Of a DNA stretch of 64,000 nt, positions 8,794-19,082 are shown one piece after another. Source of the stretch: an uncultured Actinomycetes bacterium (GTDB lineage: Bacteria > Chloroflexota > Dormibacteria > Aeolococcales > Aeolococcaceae). The notes under the pieces are model-generated. The model made no database searches, had not been told where the DNA came from, and saw only the letters and a program-made list of their open reading frames with translations. Made by a program: the position numbers and the translations under genes. The DNA lies in NCBI GenBank assembly GCA_964499205.1, contig CAZCJX010000002.1, positions 9,102 through 73,101 on the forward strand, read 5' to 3'. How positions within the stretch are numbered: the stretch's first letter is position 1; each line of letters begins with the position of its first letter.

Positions 8794-9435
8794 ATGGAGC
8801 TGATCCGACACCTCGACGGTGTCGAGGCCTACCTGCTGATCTGCAGCCTCGTCTTCGTCGAGGAGGCAGGGATTCCCCTGCCCTTCCTGCCGGGCGACCT
8901 CATCCTGCTCGCCGCGGGGTACCTCGCCGCGGTGCACTCGACCCGCCTCGCCGTCTTCCTGCCGCTCGGCTGGGGCAGCGCGGTGGCGGGTGCGCTGCTC
9001 TGCTACGCGGCCAGCCGCCACCTCGGCCGGCGGGCGGTGCTGCGGCTGGGCCAGCGTGTCCACCTCACCCCGCAGCGGCTGCAGCGGGCGGAGGACTGGC
9101 TGGCCCGGCGCGGCGCGACGGCCATCTTCGTCGCGCGCGTGCTGCCGGGGACGCGGATCAACGCGTCGATCGCAGCGGGCTGCCTGCGGCTGCCGCTGCG
9201 CACCTTCGTGCTCGGGGTGCTGCCCTCGACGGTGGTGTGGCTGGGCGGGTTCACCGTGCTCGGCTACCTGCTCGGCGACCGGGTCACGCCGTACCTGCCG
9301 TGGTTCGACCGCGCCGTCGGCGTGGCGGCGACGGTGGTGGCGCTGGTGGTGCTGGCGCTGTGGTGGCGCCGGCGGCGTCGCGGTCGTGGGCTGGCGTCCG
9401 GGGCAGGGATGGAGGAGGACGTGCTGGCGGCGTGA
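8794..9435 (+). CDS. DedA/SNARE-associated family membrane protein
   Basis: 213 aa. Matches EEAGIPLPFLPGDLILLAAG and the R.LPG.R loop typical of DedA proteins. Multiple TM helices. Confidence 0.8.
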   Translation: MELIRHLDGVEAYLLICSLVFVEEAGIPLPFLPGDLILLAAGYLAAVHSTRLAVFLPLGWGSAVAGALLCYAASRHLGRRAVLRLGQRVHLTPQRLQRAEDWLARRGATAIFVARVLPGTRINASIAAGCLRLPLRTFVLGVLPSTVVWLGGFTVLGYLLGDRVTPYLPWFDRAVGVAATVVALVVLALWWRRRRRGRGLASGAGMEEDVLAA

Positions 9436-9449
9436 GCCGTCGGGGTGCC

Positions 9450-10907
<1,458 letters not shown>

Positions 10908-10999
10908 TGCGAACGAGTGAGTGCCACCAGCGTAGCGAGGTGCGGGGCGAGCCCGCTTCGCAGCGCGCCCTTCGCCCGCGCCGGGTTCCTCGCGCGGCG

Positions 11000-12070
11000 C
11001 TAGTTGCTCAGCGGCAGGGTGAGCTCGAACTCGGCCCCGCCCTGCGGGCCGGACCGCGCCGCCACCGTGCCCCCGTGGCGCTCGACCACCGTCTTGACGA
11101 TGAACAGGCCCAGCCCGGTGCCGGGAATGCCGCTGTCGCGCTCGACCGCCGAGCGGTAGTACTTCTCGAACAGCCTTTCGGCCTCCTGCGGCGGAAACCC
11201 GGGACCGCCGTCGATGACCGAGAGGTGCAGCGCAGTGTCGTTGCGGATGGCGCGCACGCGGATGACGCCGTTGCTCGGCGAGTGCTTGATGGCGTTGCTG
11301 AGCAGGTTGGTGAGGGCCAGGCAGAGGCGGCGGCGGTCGCCCTGCAACGGCAGCGACGGGTCGCCCGAGGCCTCGATGCTGATGCCGCGCAGCCGCGACT
11401 CGGTGATCACCTCGCCGACCGAGTCGTGCACCAGGTCGCCGAGGGTGAAGCGGTCGATGACCGGCTGGTCGTCGGCGTCCTCCAGGCGGGCCACCTCGGC
11501 CAGCGCCTCGATGAGGTGGCTCATCACCTCGGTGGCGCCGCTCATCCCCTGGATGCCGGTGCGCGCCGGGTCGGGCAGCTCGCCGAGGGTGCCGTCGCCG
11601 AGCAGCTCGGCGTAGCTGGTGAGGATGGTCAGCGGGCGGCGCAGCTCGTGGACGGTGACGCCGAGCGCGGCGCTCTTGGCCTCCAGCCGCTCGCGCAGGT
11701 CGGACGCGCGCTCGCCGAGCAGGGTGGCGGTGCGGATGGCGACGCGGCGCTGCAGCCCGGCGATCTCGGTGTGCATCTCGTGGCGCGAGTCGGGGTGGGC
11801 CTCGGCGGCGAGGGCGTCGACAGCCCGTCCCAGCGCCTCGAGGTGGCCCAGGGCGACATCGAGGTGGGCGGCGGCGTCGGTGTCCGGTGTGTCCGGATCG
11901 AGGAAGCTGGCGAGGAGGAAGGCGCCCTCACTGCCGCCCGCCAGCGCACTGACCACAGCGTCGAGCAACCCCGGCGCGTCGGTCGCGCTGGGGCCGTCGG
12001 CGTCGGCGACCCAGAGCTGGATCGCGTGGTCACGCCGCAGGGTCAAGAGGTCCGCGAGTTGCCCAGCCAT
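11000..12070 (-). CDS. soluble sensor histidine kinase (HisKA + HATPase_c), orphan
   Basis: H-box VHELRRPLT, N box LLSNAIKHSP and G boxes GTGLGLFIVK. No TM segments. Start placed at ATG 12070 (MAGQLADLL). Confidence 0.75.
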   Translation of the reverse strand: MAGQLADLLTLRRDHAIQLWVADADGPSATDAPGLLDAVVSALAGGSEGAFLLASFLDPDTPDTDAAAHLDVALGHLEALGRAVDALAAEAHPDSRHEMHTEIAGLQRRVAIRTATLLGERASDLRERLEAKSAALGVTVHELRRPLTILTSYAELLGDGTLGELPDPARTGIQGMSGATEVMSHLIEALAEVARLEDADDQPVIDRFTLGDLVHDSVGEVITESRLRGISIEASGDPSLPLQGDRRRLCLALTNLLSNAIKHSPSNGVIRVRAIRNDTALHLSVIDGGPGFPPQEAERLFEKYYRSAVERDSGIPGTGLGLFIVKTVVERHGGTVAARSGPQGGAEFELTLPLSN

Positions 12071-12202
12071 CCCGCGCGCAGTGTAGCGGTGTCCCGGCGG
12101 ACGGGCGTGACGATCGCGGCACCGCCCGATCACGGAGCGGGCTTGGTGGTGCTGTGCCCGCTCTTCCCTGCCGGCCCGTCTCGGCCGGCGGCTCAGTAGT
12201 CG

Positions 12203-14071
12203 CTACTCTCCCGGCCGACCGCGATAGGGCTCCCGGAATGCGGTCTGCTCGGCGATGAACACCAGGTCGATGTCGCGCACCGGACCGTTGCGGTTCTTGG
12301 CAACGATCAGCTGCGTCAGCGACTTGTCGACCTCCTGGTTGTGCATCCCCTCGCGATACAGGAACAGCACGATGTCGGCATCTTGCTCGATCGAGTTGTG
12401 CACCACCATGTCGGCGGCCACGAAGTTGTGCAGGTCGTCGACGGTGAGGTCGTACACGTCCTCGCGGCCGGCGGGCTCGATGCTGACCACCTGGTCCCAA
12501 TACACGTCGCCGCTCATCAGACGCGGGGGATCGAGCACGGCGGCGACCGTCGACGCACTTGCCGAGGCCGACACGCAGCGCGCGAGGTCGGCGGGCGATT
12601 CGAGGCTTTCCGACGGCAGCGCGAGGTGATCCGACGGCGTGAGCTCGTCCAGTCGCTTCCATCCATCCAGGGTGAGGAAGCGGTGATTGGCGGTGGCGCG
12701 GATGGTCCGGCCGAGGCGGGTCGTCAGGTCGTAGACCTCGCGGTGGCCGGTGGGGAAGGCCTTGAGGACGGTGCGGGGCACCAGCTTCCAGGTCTCGGTG
12801 TCGAGAGCGAGCACGCGGAAGCCGCTGTGGCCGACCAGCTCCGCGATCGGGCGGCTGCGGCCCTCGTCGGGCAGGAAGACAGGGGTCGAGCCGACCAGGC
12901 AACCGGAATCACGAAGGTCGCTGAGCTGGGGGCGGCGGTCGGTGCGGCGTTCGGATTCGCGCGAGAGCTGGGAGAGGGCGACGATGGGGAGTTGCAGCTC
13001 CTTGGCGATCGACTTGAGGCCGCTGGAGATGTCGGAGACCTCCTGCACGCGGGATTCCTGGCGGCCGCCGTGCATGAGCTGGAGGTAGTCGACGATGATC
13101 AGGGAGATGTTGTGCTGCGCCTTCATGCGGCGGGCGCGGGAGCGCATCGCCTGGATCGAGAGCGCGGGCGTGTCGTCGATCCAGAGCTCGGCCTGAGTCA
13201 GGCGGTCCATCGCCTGGGCGATGCGCGAGAAGGCGGCGGCGTCGGCCTGGCCGGTCTTGAGCAGAAACGAGTCGACGTGCGCTTCGCTGCAGAGCAGGCG
13301 CTGTACCAGCGACTCCTTGGACATCTCCAGCGAGAACACGGCGACGGGCTTCTTGCCCAGCACCGCCGCGTTGCGCGCCAGGTTCAGGGCGAACGAGGTC
13401 TTGCCGACGGATGGCCGGGCGGCGAGGATGATCAGCTCTCCCGGCTGCAACCCCTGGGTCACGTTGTCGAGCTCGGAGAAGTTGGTGGGCACGCCGGTGA
13501 TGAACTTCTGCCCGCCGAGCAACGTCTCCAGCTGCGACCAGGTGTCCTTCAGGACCGGGGCGATGTGGGTGGCCTCGGCGCTGCCGCGCTCGTCGCCGAT
13601 GGTGAAAACCTGTTGCTCCGCCTGGTCGATCGCCTCGTGCACCGGCAGGCTCTCGTCGAACCCCAGCGCCGACACCGTGCCGCCCGCCTGGATCAGGCGC
13701 CGCCGCGTCGCCTTCTCCACGACGATGTCGGCGTAGTGCTTCACCGACGCCGCCGTCGGCGTGATGATCGACAGCTCGGCGATGTAGTCGACGCCGCCGC
13801 TGCGCGGCAGGGTGCCGGCGCGTTCCAGCTGCGCCCGCAAGGTGACGGGGTCGATCGGCTCTCCGCGGTCGCTGAGGTCGAGCGCCGCCTGGTAGATGTG
13901 GCGGTGGCGCTCCTCGTAGAAGTCGTGCGGCTGGAGGATGTCGCGGACTGCGGCGACGGCGTTCTCGTCGAGCATCAGCGCGCCGAGAACCGACTGTTCC
14001 GCCTCGCGATCCTGCGGCTGGATGCGACCGGTGGCGGCGGCCCCTGCGACCTGCGGGCCGGCGAACTGCAT
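12203..14071 (-). CDS. dnaB: replicative DNA helicase DnaB, interrupted by an in-frame mini-intein
   Basis: N-terminal DnaB domain (PQDREAEQSVLGA), Walker A ARPSVGKT, and IIVDYLQLM. The RecA-fold motif DLRDSG / SIEQDADIV is split by 169 aa. Confidence 0.95.
   Translation of the reverse strand: MQFAGPQVAGAAATGRIQPQDREAEQSVLGALMLDENAVAAVRDILQPHDFYEERHRHIYQAALDLSDRGEPIDPVTLRAQLERAGTLPRSGGVDYIAELSIITPTAASVKHYADIVVEKATRRRLIQAGGTVSALGFDESLPVHEAIDQAEQQVFTIGDERGSAEATHIAPVLKDTWSQLETLLGGQKFITGVPTNFSELDNVTQGLQPGELIILAARPSVGKTSFALNLARNAAVLGKKPVAVFSLEMSKESLVQRLLCSEAHVDSFLLKTGQADAAAFSRIAQAMDRLTQAELWIDDTPALSIQAMRSRARRMKAQHNISLIIVDYLQLMHGGRQESRVQEVSDISSGLKSIAKELQLPIVALSQLSRESERRTDRRPQLSDLRDSGCLVGSTPVFLPDEGRSRPIAELVGHSGFRVLALDTETWKLVPRTVLKAFPTGHREVYDLTTRLGRTIRATANHRFLTLDGWKRLDELTPSDHLALPSESLESPADLARCVSASASASTVAAVLDPPRLMSGDVYWDQVVSIEPAGREDVYDLTVDDLHNFVAADMVVHNSIEQDADIVLFLYREGMHNQEVDKSLTQLIVAKNRNGPVRDIDLVFIAEQTAFREPYRGRPGE
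12395..12901 (-). mobile_element. DnaB mini-intein (169 aa, Cys1 .. His-Asn, +1 Ser), no homing-endonuclease domain
   Basis: Residues 391-559 of the 622-aa ORF. Block A is CLVGSTPVFL, block B is IRATANHRFLT, and blocks F/G are VYDLTVDDLHNFVAADMVVHN followed by SIEQD. Codons checked directly: TGC at 12899-12901 and CAC-AAC-TCG at 12392-12400 on the minus strand. Confidence 0.9.
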
Positions 14072-14517
14072 TACTGCGCGGCGACGACCACGCGGAGGGT
14101 GGCCACCACGTCCTGGTGCAGCTGCACCGTGACCTCGTGGGGCCCGAGCGACTTGATGGCCGGCTCGACGTCGATCTTGCGCTTGTCGAGGTCGATGCCC
14201 GATTCGCGCTTGAGCTGCTGGGCGATGTCGGCGTTGGTGACCGAGCCGAACAGGCGGCCACCCTCGCCGGCCTTGGCGTACATGGTGACGGTGATGCGCT
14301 GCAGGCGCTTCTCGATCTCGCGCGCCTCGGTCAGCGCCTTCTCGGCACGCCGGCGGGCGGCCTCCTCGCGCTGACGGATCTGGTCGACCACCTTGTCATC
14401 GGCGACGACGGCCAGCTTCTGGGGGAACAGGAAGTTGCGCGCGTAGCCGGGGGCGACCTCCTTGACGTCGCCGGCACGGGCGGTTCCAGACACTTCCTTC
14501 AGAAACAGAACCTTCAC
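14071..14517 (-). CDS. rplI: 50S ribosomal protein L9
   Basis: MKVLFLKEV..GDVKEVAPGYARNFLFPQKLAV is the canonical L9 N-terminus. The stop overlaps the dnaB ATG by 1 nt (TAATG). Confidence 0.9.
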   Translation of the reverse strand: MKVLFLKEVSGTARAGDVKEVAPGYARNFLFPQKLAVVADDKVVDQIRQREEAARRRAEKALTEAREIEKRLQRITVTMYAKAGEGGRLFGSVTNADIAQQLKRESGIDLDKRKIDVEPAIKSLGPHEVTVQLHQDVVATLRVVVAAQ

Positions 14518-15002
14518 GCTTTGAACACTCCGCTGACATCCGGTGTGGCCGCCGACGGGTGCTCCTGTGCGACCCCGACGAACTCCATCTCACTCTTCGG
14601 CTGACGGCGCACCAGGCGCGACAGCGCAACCGCCAGGCGCTCTCCCCGGGCGACGTCCATGTCGAAGCGGCTGCGCCGCTCCTTGATCAGGCGCTCCTGC
14701 TCCTCGACCACCTCGCGCGGCGCCGTGCTGATGAACAGCCGGGTGGCCAGCAGGGTCAGCGCCAGCAGATCCATCTCGCCGAGCACCGGGATCCACTCCG
14801 GCAGGTTGACGAACGGGGTGACGATCATCCCCATCGCCCCGACCACGGCCACCCGGTTGACCAGCGAGACGCGGTCGTCGAAGAGCAGGCAGTAGGTCAG
14901 CTTCACCTGGCGCGGCAGATCGCGGAACAGGCGCTTGACCAGGGAGAGTCGCTTGAGCACGGGGCTGGAATTGTACGCGGGCAGCGGCAGCGGCGCCCTC
15001 AC
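14514..15002 (-). CDS. DUF1232 (YkvA-like) membrane protein
   Basis: 162 aa. LTYCLLFDDRVSLVNRVAVVGAMGMIVTPFVNLPEWIPVLGEMDLLAL matches the DUF1232 pattern. ATGA overlap with the rplI start. Confidence 0.6.
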   Translation of the reverse strand: MRAPLPLPAYNSSPVLKRLSLVKRLFRDLPRQVKLTYCLLFDDRVSLVNRVAVVGAMGMIVTPFVNLPEWIPVLGEMDLLALTLLATRLFISTAPREVVEEQERLIKERRSRFDMDVARGERLAVALSRLVRRQPKSEMEFVGVAQEHPSAATPDVSGVFKA

Positions 15003-15012
15003 CGGCCCTCTC

Positions 15013-16410
15013 TCAGTCTCCCTGCAGCACCTCGGGGTGGGCCGCCAGCCACCGCCGCGCGCCCTCCTTGTCCCCTGGCGCCACGGTCCCCTCGATGACC
15101 GCGTCCTCCAGGGCCCGCTTGGCCGCGCCCACCCAGCGACCCGGCCCGCGGCCGGCCAGTGCCATCAACTCTTCGCCGTCCAGCGGCGAGGCGAAGGCCG
15201 TCCGCGCGTCGCCGCTCTCGGCCTCCAGCTGCTCCATCCGCTGTCCCAGCTGGTCGATGCCGGAGACGTCGGGAAACGCCGAGGCGCGGGTGTCGGCGCG
15301 GGCGACGTCGAGCAGGCGTTCGCGGAGGTCGCCGGCGTCGCGCATCAGCCGGCGCACCGCGCTGTCGCCGAAGGTGGCCGGGTCGTACTGGATGGGACGC
15401 AGGTGATGGCGCACCAGCTCGGCCACCGCGTCCACCTCGGCATTGCTGAAGCGCAGCCGCTCCAGGATGGTGCGCGACATCGCCGCGCCCACCTCGGGGT
15501 GGTCGTAGAAGGTGTGCCGCCCGTCCTCGGCGACGGCGTGGGTGCGCGGCTTGCCGACGTCGTGCAGCAGCACCGCGACGCGCGTCAGCAGGTCGGGCGG
15601 CGCCAGGTCGAGGGCCACCATGGTGTGGTCCCACACGTCGTAGATGTGGTAGCCGCTCTGCTCGACGCCGATCATCTCCAGCAGCTCGGGCAGATGCACG
15701 GCGACGAGTCCACCGTCGCGCAGCACCTCCATGCCCTTGCGCGGATGCGGCGAGGTGAGCAGCCGCCGCACCTCCTCGGCGACGCGCTCGACACTGAGGA
15801 TCGCCGCGCGCGGCGCCACGTCGCGCATGGCGTCGAGCATGCCCTCGCCGAGGTCGAAGTCGAGCTGCGCGACGAAGCGCGCGGCGCGGTACATGCGCAG
15901 CGGGTCCTCGCTGAAGGTCTCGCGGGCGTCGAGCGGGGTGCGCAGCACGCCGGCGTAGAGGTCGATGAGGCCGCGGCCGGTGCGGTCGAGCAGCTCGCCG
16001 TCGAGCGATTGGCAGAGGGTGTTGACGGTGAAGTCGCGGCGCCACACGTCCTCGTCGAGCGATCCCGGTGTGACCGACGGCTTGCGCGACGCCGGGTCGT
16101 AGCGCTCGGCGCGCGCCCGCACCGCCTCGACGATGAAGCCGTCACCGCGGATCTGTGCGGTGCCGAAGTGCTCGAAGACCTGCGGCGGCGCCCAATCGAA
16201 CCTCTCCGCGACCGCGGCGAGCAGCGGCACCGCGCCCTCGCCGACGACCAGGACGTCGATGTCCTTGCCGTCGTTGCCGAGCAGGCGGTCGCGCACGAAG
16301 CCGCCGACGAGATAGGCCTCGATGCCCGTCGCGTGGGCCTGCTCGCGCAGGGCAGCGAGAACGTCGTCGATCTGCGGTGCGGTGTGGACGCGGTGCACGG
16401 CGGGCGGCAT
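15013..16410 (-). CDS. cca: CCA-adding tRNA nucleotidyltransferase / poly(A) polymerase family with HD domain
   Basis: In-frame ATG 16410 of tracked ORF 15013..16902. Nucleotidyltransferase motif LVGGFVRDRLLG..DIDV and HD motif LLHDVGKP. Confidence 0.8.
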   Translation of the reverse strand: MPPAVHRVHTAPQIDDVLAALREQAHATGIEAYLVGGFVRDRLLGNDGKDIDVLVVGEGAVPLLAAVAERFDWAPPQVFEHFGTAQIRGDGFIVEAVRARAERYDPASRKPSVTPGSLDEDVWRRDFTVNTLCQSLDGELLDRTGRGLIDLYAGVLRTPLDARETFSEDPLRMYRAARFVAQLDFDLGEGMLDAMRDVAPRAAILSVERVAEEVRRLLTSPHPRKGMEVLRDGGLVAVHLPELLEMIGVEQSGYHIYDVWDHTMVALDLAPPDLLTRVAVLLHDVGKPRTHAVAEDGRHTFYDHPEVGAAMSRTILERLRFSNAEVDAVAELVRHHLRPIQYDPATFGDSAVRRLMRDAGDLRERLLDVARADTRASAFPDVSGIDQLGQRMEQLEAESGDARTAFASPLDGEELMALAGRGPGRWVGAAKRALEDAVIEGTVAPGDKEGARRWLAAHPEVLQGD

Positions 16411-16427
16411 GGTGCTGCGCCGCGCGC

Positions 16428-18329
16428 TCAGCTGCCCGCGCTGCCCATCGCCAGGGCGACGGGGGCGGCCACCTGTGTACCGGGCCGGCGGCGCAGCAGA
16501 GTTGCAGACAGAACTGTCGCAATCAGGGCGCACACCGCGGCGCCGAGGAACACCGAGTGCAGCTCGTCGACGATGGCGTGCTTCACCAGGGCATCGTACG
16601 CCGGGCAGGTTGCCGTGGTGGGGCAGAGCGTCAGCGGCGAGGGGATGCGCGACTGCGCGGCGTAGTAGGCGTGCAGGCCCACCGCGGTGAGCACCGACAG
16701 GCCGACTAGCATGCCCACCATGCGGGCCACCACCACCAGCGCGGAGGCGAGCCCGTGCAGCGCCGCCCGCACCGCGCCGAGCACCGCCGCGTTGACCGGC
16801 GCGATGGCCAGGCCGAAGCCCAGCCCGCAGGCGGCGAGAACCACGTCGCTCTGGTTGACCGGCGTGTGCCACAGCGAATCGGAGAGCGCCGACGCGGGCC
16901 ACGAGGCCATCACCGCGAACATCGCGGCGCTGAGCGCCATGCCGATGGCCGCGGTGGCGCGGTGGGAGAGGCGCTCGGTGAGCAATCCGCCGAGCACCGC
17001 GCCGACGGGGACGGCGGCGAGGAAGCGCACCAGGACCAGTGCGGCGCCGACCTGGGAGTCGGGGTAGGCGGTGACCCGCGCGAAGATGGGTACGTCGACC
17101 AGCGCCGCCATCAGCGCGGCGCCGACGGCGAAGTTGGTCAGCAGTGAGCCGAAGGCGGCGCGGTCGGCGACGGCGCCGAGGGGGACCAGCGGGTCGCGCG
17201 TGCGCGACTCGCGGAGGACGAAGAGCACGGCGAGGACGGCGGCGAGGGGCAGCAGGAATGCCGCCGCGGGGGCCAGCACCTGGCGCTCGGGGTCGGCGGC
17301 GGCGAAGGCCACGATGACGCAGCCCAGCGCGCCGCCGAGCAGCAGCGCCCCCGGCCAGTCGGCGGCGCCGGCCAGCTCGCCGGCGCGGCGCAGGGGGAGC
17401 AGGGGGCGGACACCGAAGGGCTGCAGGAACTCCCAGAGGAGCGCCAGGAGCAGCAGGCCGACGGCGGCCAGCGCTATCGGCGTGGTCAGCGCTCCGGCGG
17501 CGCCGCCGGCCAGCGGGGCATAGAGCTGGCCCCAGGTCTCGTCGGCGGCGAGGGCGGAGGGCTGCACCAGCGCCAGCGCGCCCGCAGCGGTGGCGGCGAG
17601 GAACAGCACGGCGCCGGGAACGTCGCGGCGGGTTGCGGCATGTCCGGTCCGACCTCGCCGGCTGCTGCGCGGCACCAGCGCCTCGCCGTCCGGCCGCCGT
17701 GGGTCGCGCGCCAGCAGAAAGGCGCCTGCCAGCAGCGCCGACAGCGGCAGGTTGATCCAGAAGATCGTCCGCCAGGAGCTGTGCTCGACGATCACCGCGC
17801 CGTACAGCGGCCCCAGCACCGACCCCAGCTCCTGCACCGCGCCGACGATCCCCAGCGGCAACCCCCGCCGCCCCACCGGCCAGCCGTCGGCGACCAGGGC
17901 CAGGGTCACCGGCACCAGCCCGCCGCCGCCCAGCCCCTGGATGGTCCGCCCCGCCACCACCGCCGGCAGCCCCTGCGCCGAGGCGGTGAGCAGCGACCCG
18001 ACGGCGAAGGCCACCAGGCAGGCGACGAACACCGGTCGCCGTCCGTAGAGGTCGGACAGCCGCCCCAGCAGCGGCAGCATGGCCACGTAGCCGAGCAGGA
18101 AGCCGCTGATGATCGGCGTCGCCTCCTGCAGGTGCTCCAGCCCGACGCCGAGGTCGTTCATCATCGACGGCAGCGCCAGCACCACCACGTAGGTGTCCGC
18201 CGCGGCGAGCAGCACCGCGGCGGCGGCGAAGACCAGGCGCCGCCGCGGCGCGGCCGGGGCGCGCGGCGCCGCGGTCACCTCAGGCGGGCGGGGTGATCGT
18301 GACGTTCTCGCCATAGTTGTCGAGAACAA
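16428..18329 (-). CDS. MFS transporter, 14-TMS DHA2 (EmrB/QacA, P55-like) type
   Basis: 633 aa with about 14 hydrophobic helices and MFS motif A GRLSDLYGRRP. Its 5' end overlaps the upstream lipoprotein gene. Confidence 0.85.
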   Translation of the reverse strand: MFSTTMARTSRSPRPPEVTAAPRAPAAPRRRLVFAAAAVLLAAADTYVVVLALPSMMNDLGVGLEHLQEATPIISGFLLGYVAMLPLLGRLSDLYGRRPVFVACLVAFAVGSLLTASAQGLPAVVAGRTIQGLGGGGLVPVTLALVADGWPVGRRGLPLGIVGAVQELGSVLGPLYGAVIVEHSSWRTIFWINLPLSALLAGAFLLARDPRRPDGEALVPRSSRRGRTGHAATRRDVPGAVLFLAATAAGALALVQPSALAADETWGQLYAPLAGGAAGALTTPIALAAVGLLLLALLWEFLQPFGVRPLLPLRRAGELAGAADWPGALLLGGALGCVIVAFAAADPERQVLAPAAAFLLPLAAVLAVLFVLRESRTRDPLVPLGAVADRAAFGSLLTNFAVGAALMAALVDVPIFARVTAYPDSQVGAALVLVRFLAAVPVGAVLGGLLTERLSHRATAAIGMALSAAMFAVMASWPASALSDSLWHTPVNQSDVVLAACGLGFGLAIAPVNAAVLGAVRAALHGLASALVVVARMVGMLVGLSVLTAVGLHAYYAAQSRIPSPLTLCPTTATCPAYDALVKHAIVDELHSVFLGAAVCALIATVLSATLLRRRPGTQVAAPVALAMGSAGS

Positions 18330-18873
18330 GCGTGAAGGTGCTGTCCTTGCGCGCGTCGAAGAACGGCCCGGTCAGCACCACGCGGCGGATCTGGTGGTTG
18401 CCGCTGTCGATGCCGATGCGCCCCTTCACCGGCTTGGACCGGTCGGCGCTGGTGAGCAGTGCGGCGACGCGGTCGCCGGGAAGCGAGACGTCGACTTCGT
18501 CGAGCTCCTCGCCGTTGAAGCGGTCGCGGTCGGCCATGCTGGCGCTCAGCGTGTTGACCAGCAGGCTGCTCAGCCCCTTGTCGGGATCGAGCAGCGTGGC
18601 GGGATCGCCGAAGCCGTACTTGGAGGGATCGGTCTGCTCGTAGGTGGTGGTGAAGGGCAGCTCCACCAGGAACCTGCCGCCCGTCGAGAGGATGTGGACG
18701 GTGACGCCGAAGCCGCTCTGCAGCACCTTCAGGGTGCCGCGGAACTGGTCGGGGCGGTGCGCGTCGCCCTCGCCGCCGGTGATCAGCGTGCCGGTGCCAC
18801 TTGCGCCGGTGCTGGTCAGCGTGAAGTGGAGTGACGGCGTGGCGTCGATGGCCTGCTTGGCCTGGCGCAGCAC
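18280..18873 (-). CDS. LppX/LprAFG-family (LprG-like) lipoprotein; true start probably upstream near 18984
   Basis: The mature domain resembles the LprG/LppX lipid-binding fold pattern. The same frame stays open upstream and encodes ..VLHRAAPRLAAAASVLGALAATAGC (signal peptide + lipobox) with no ATG/GTG/TTG. GAGGAG lies 6 nt before ATC at 18984. Confidence 0.7.
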   Translation of the reverse strand: MLRQAKQAIDATPSLHFTLTSTGASGTGTLITGGEGDAHRPDQFRGTLKVLQSGFGVTVHILSTGGRFLVELPFTTTYEQTDPSKYGFGDPATLLDPDKGLSSLLVNTLSASMADRDRFNGEELDEVDVSLPGDRVAALLTSADRSKPVKGRIGIDSGNHQIRRVVLTGPFFDARKDSTFTLVLDNYGENVTITPPA

Positions 18874-19082
18874 GGCATGTGGGTCGACCCCGTTGGTGGT
18901 GCTGCCGCATCCGGCCGTCGCGGCGAGCGCGCCGAGAACGCTCGCGGCGGCGGCGAGGCGGGGTGCGGCGCGATGCAGGACGATGTGGCTCTCCTCGGTG
19001 GCCGGCGCGGGTGCTCGGTTGGGCCGAGTATAGGCACCCCACTCGTATACTTCGGCGCGCCGTGGCCGAGAACCTGGCGCGC

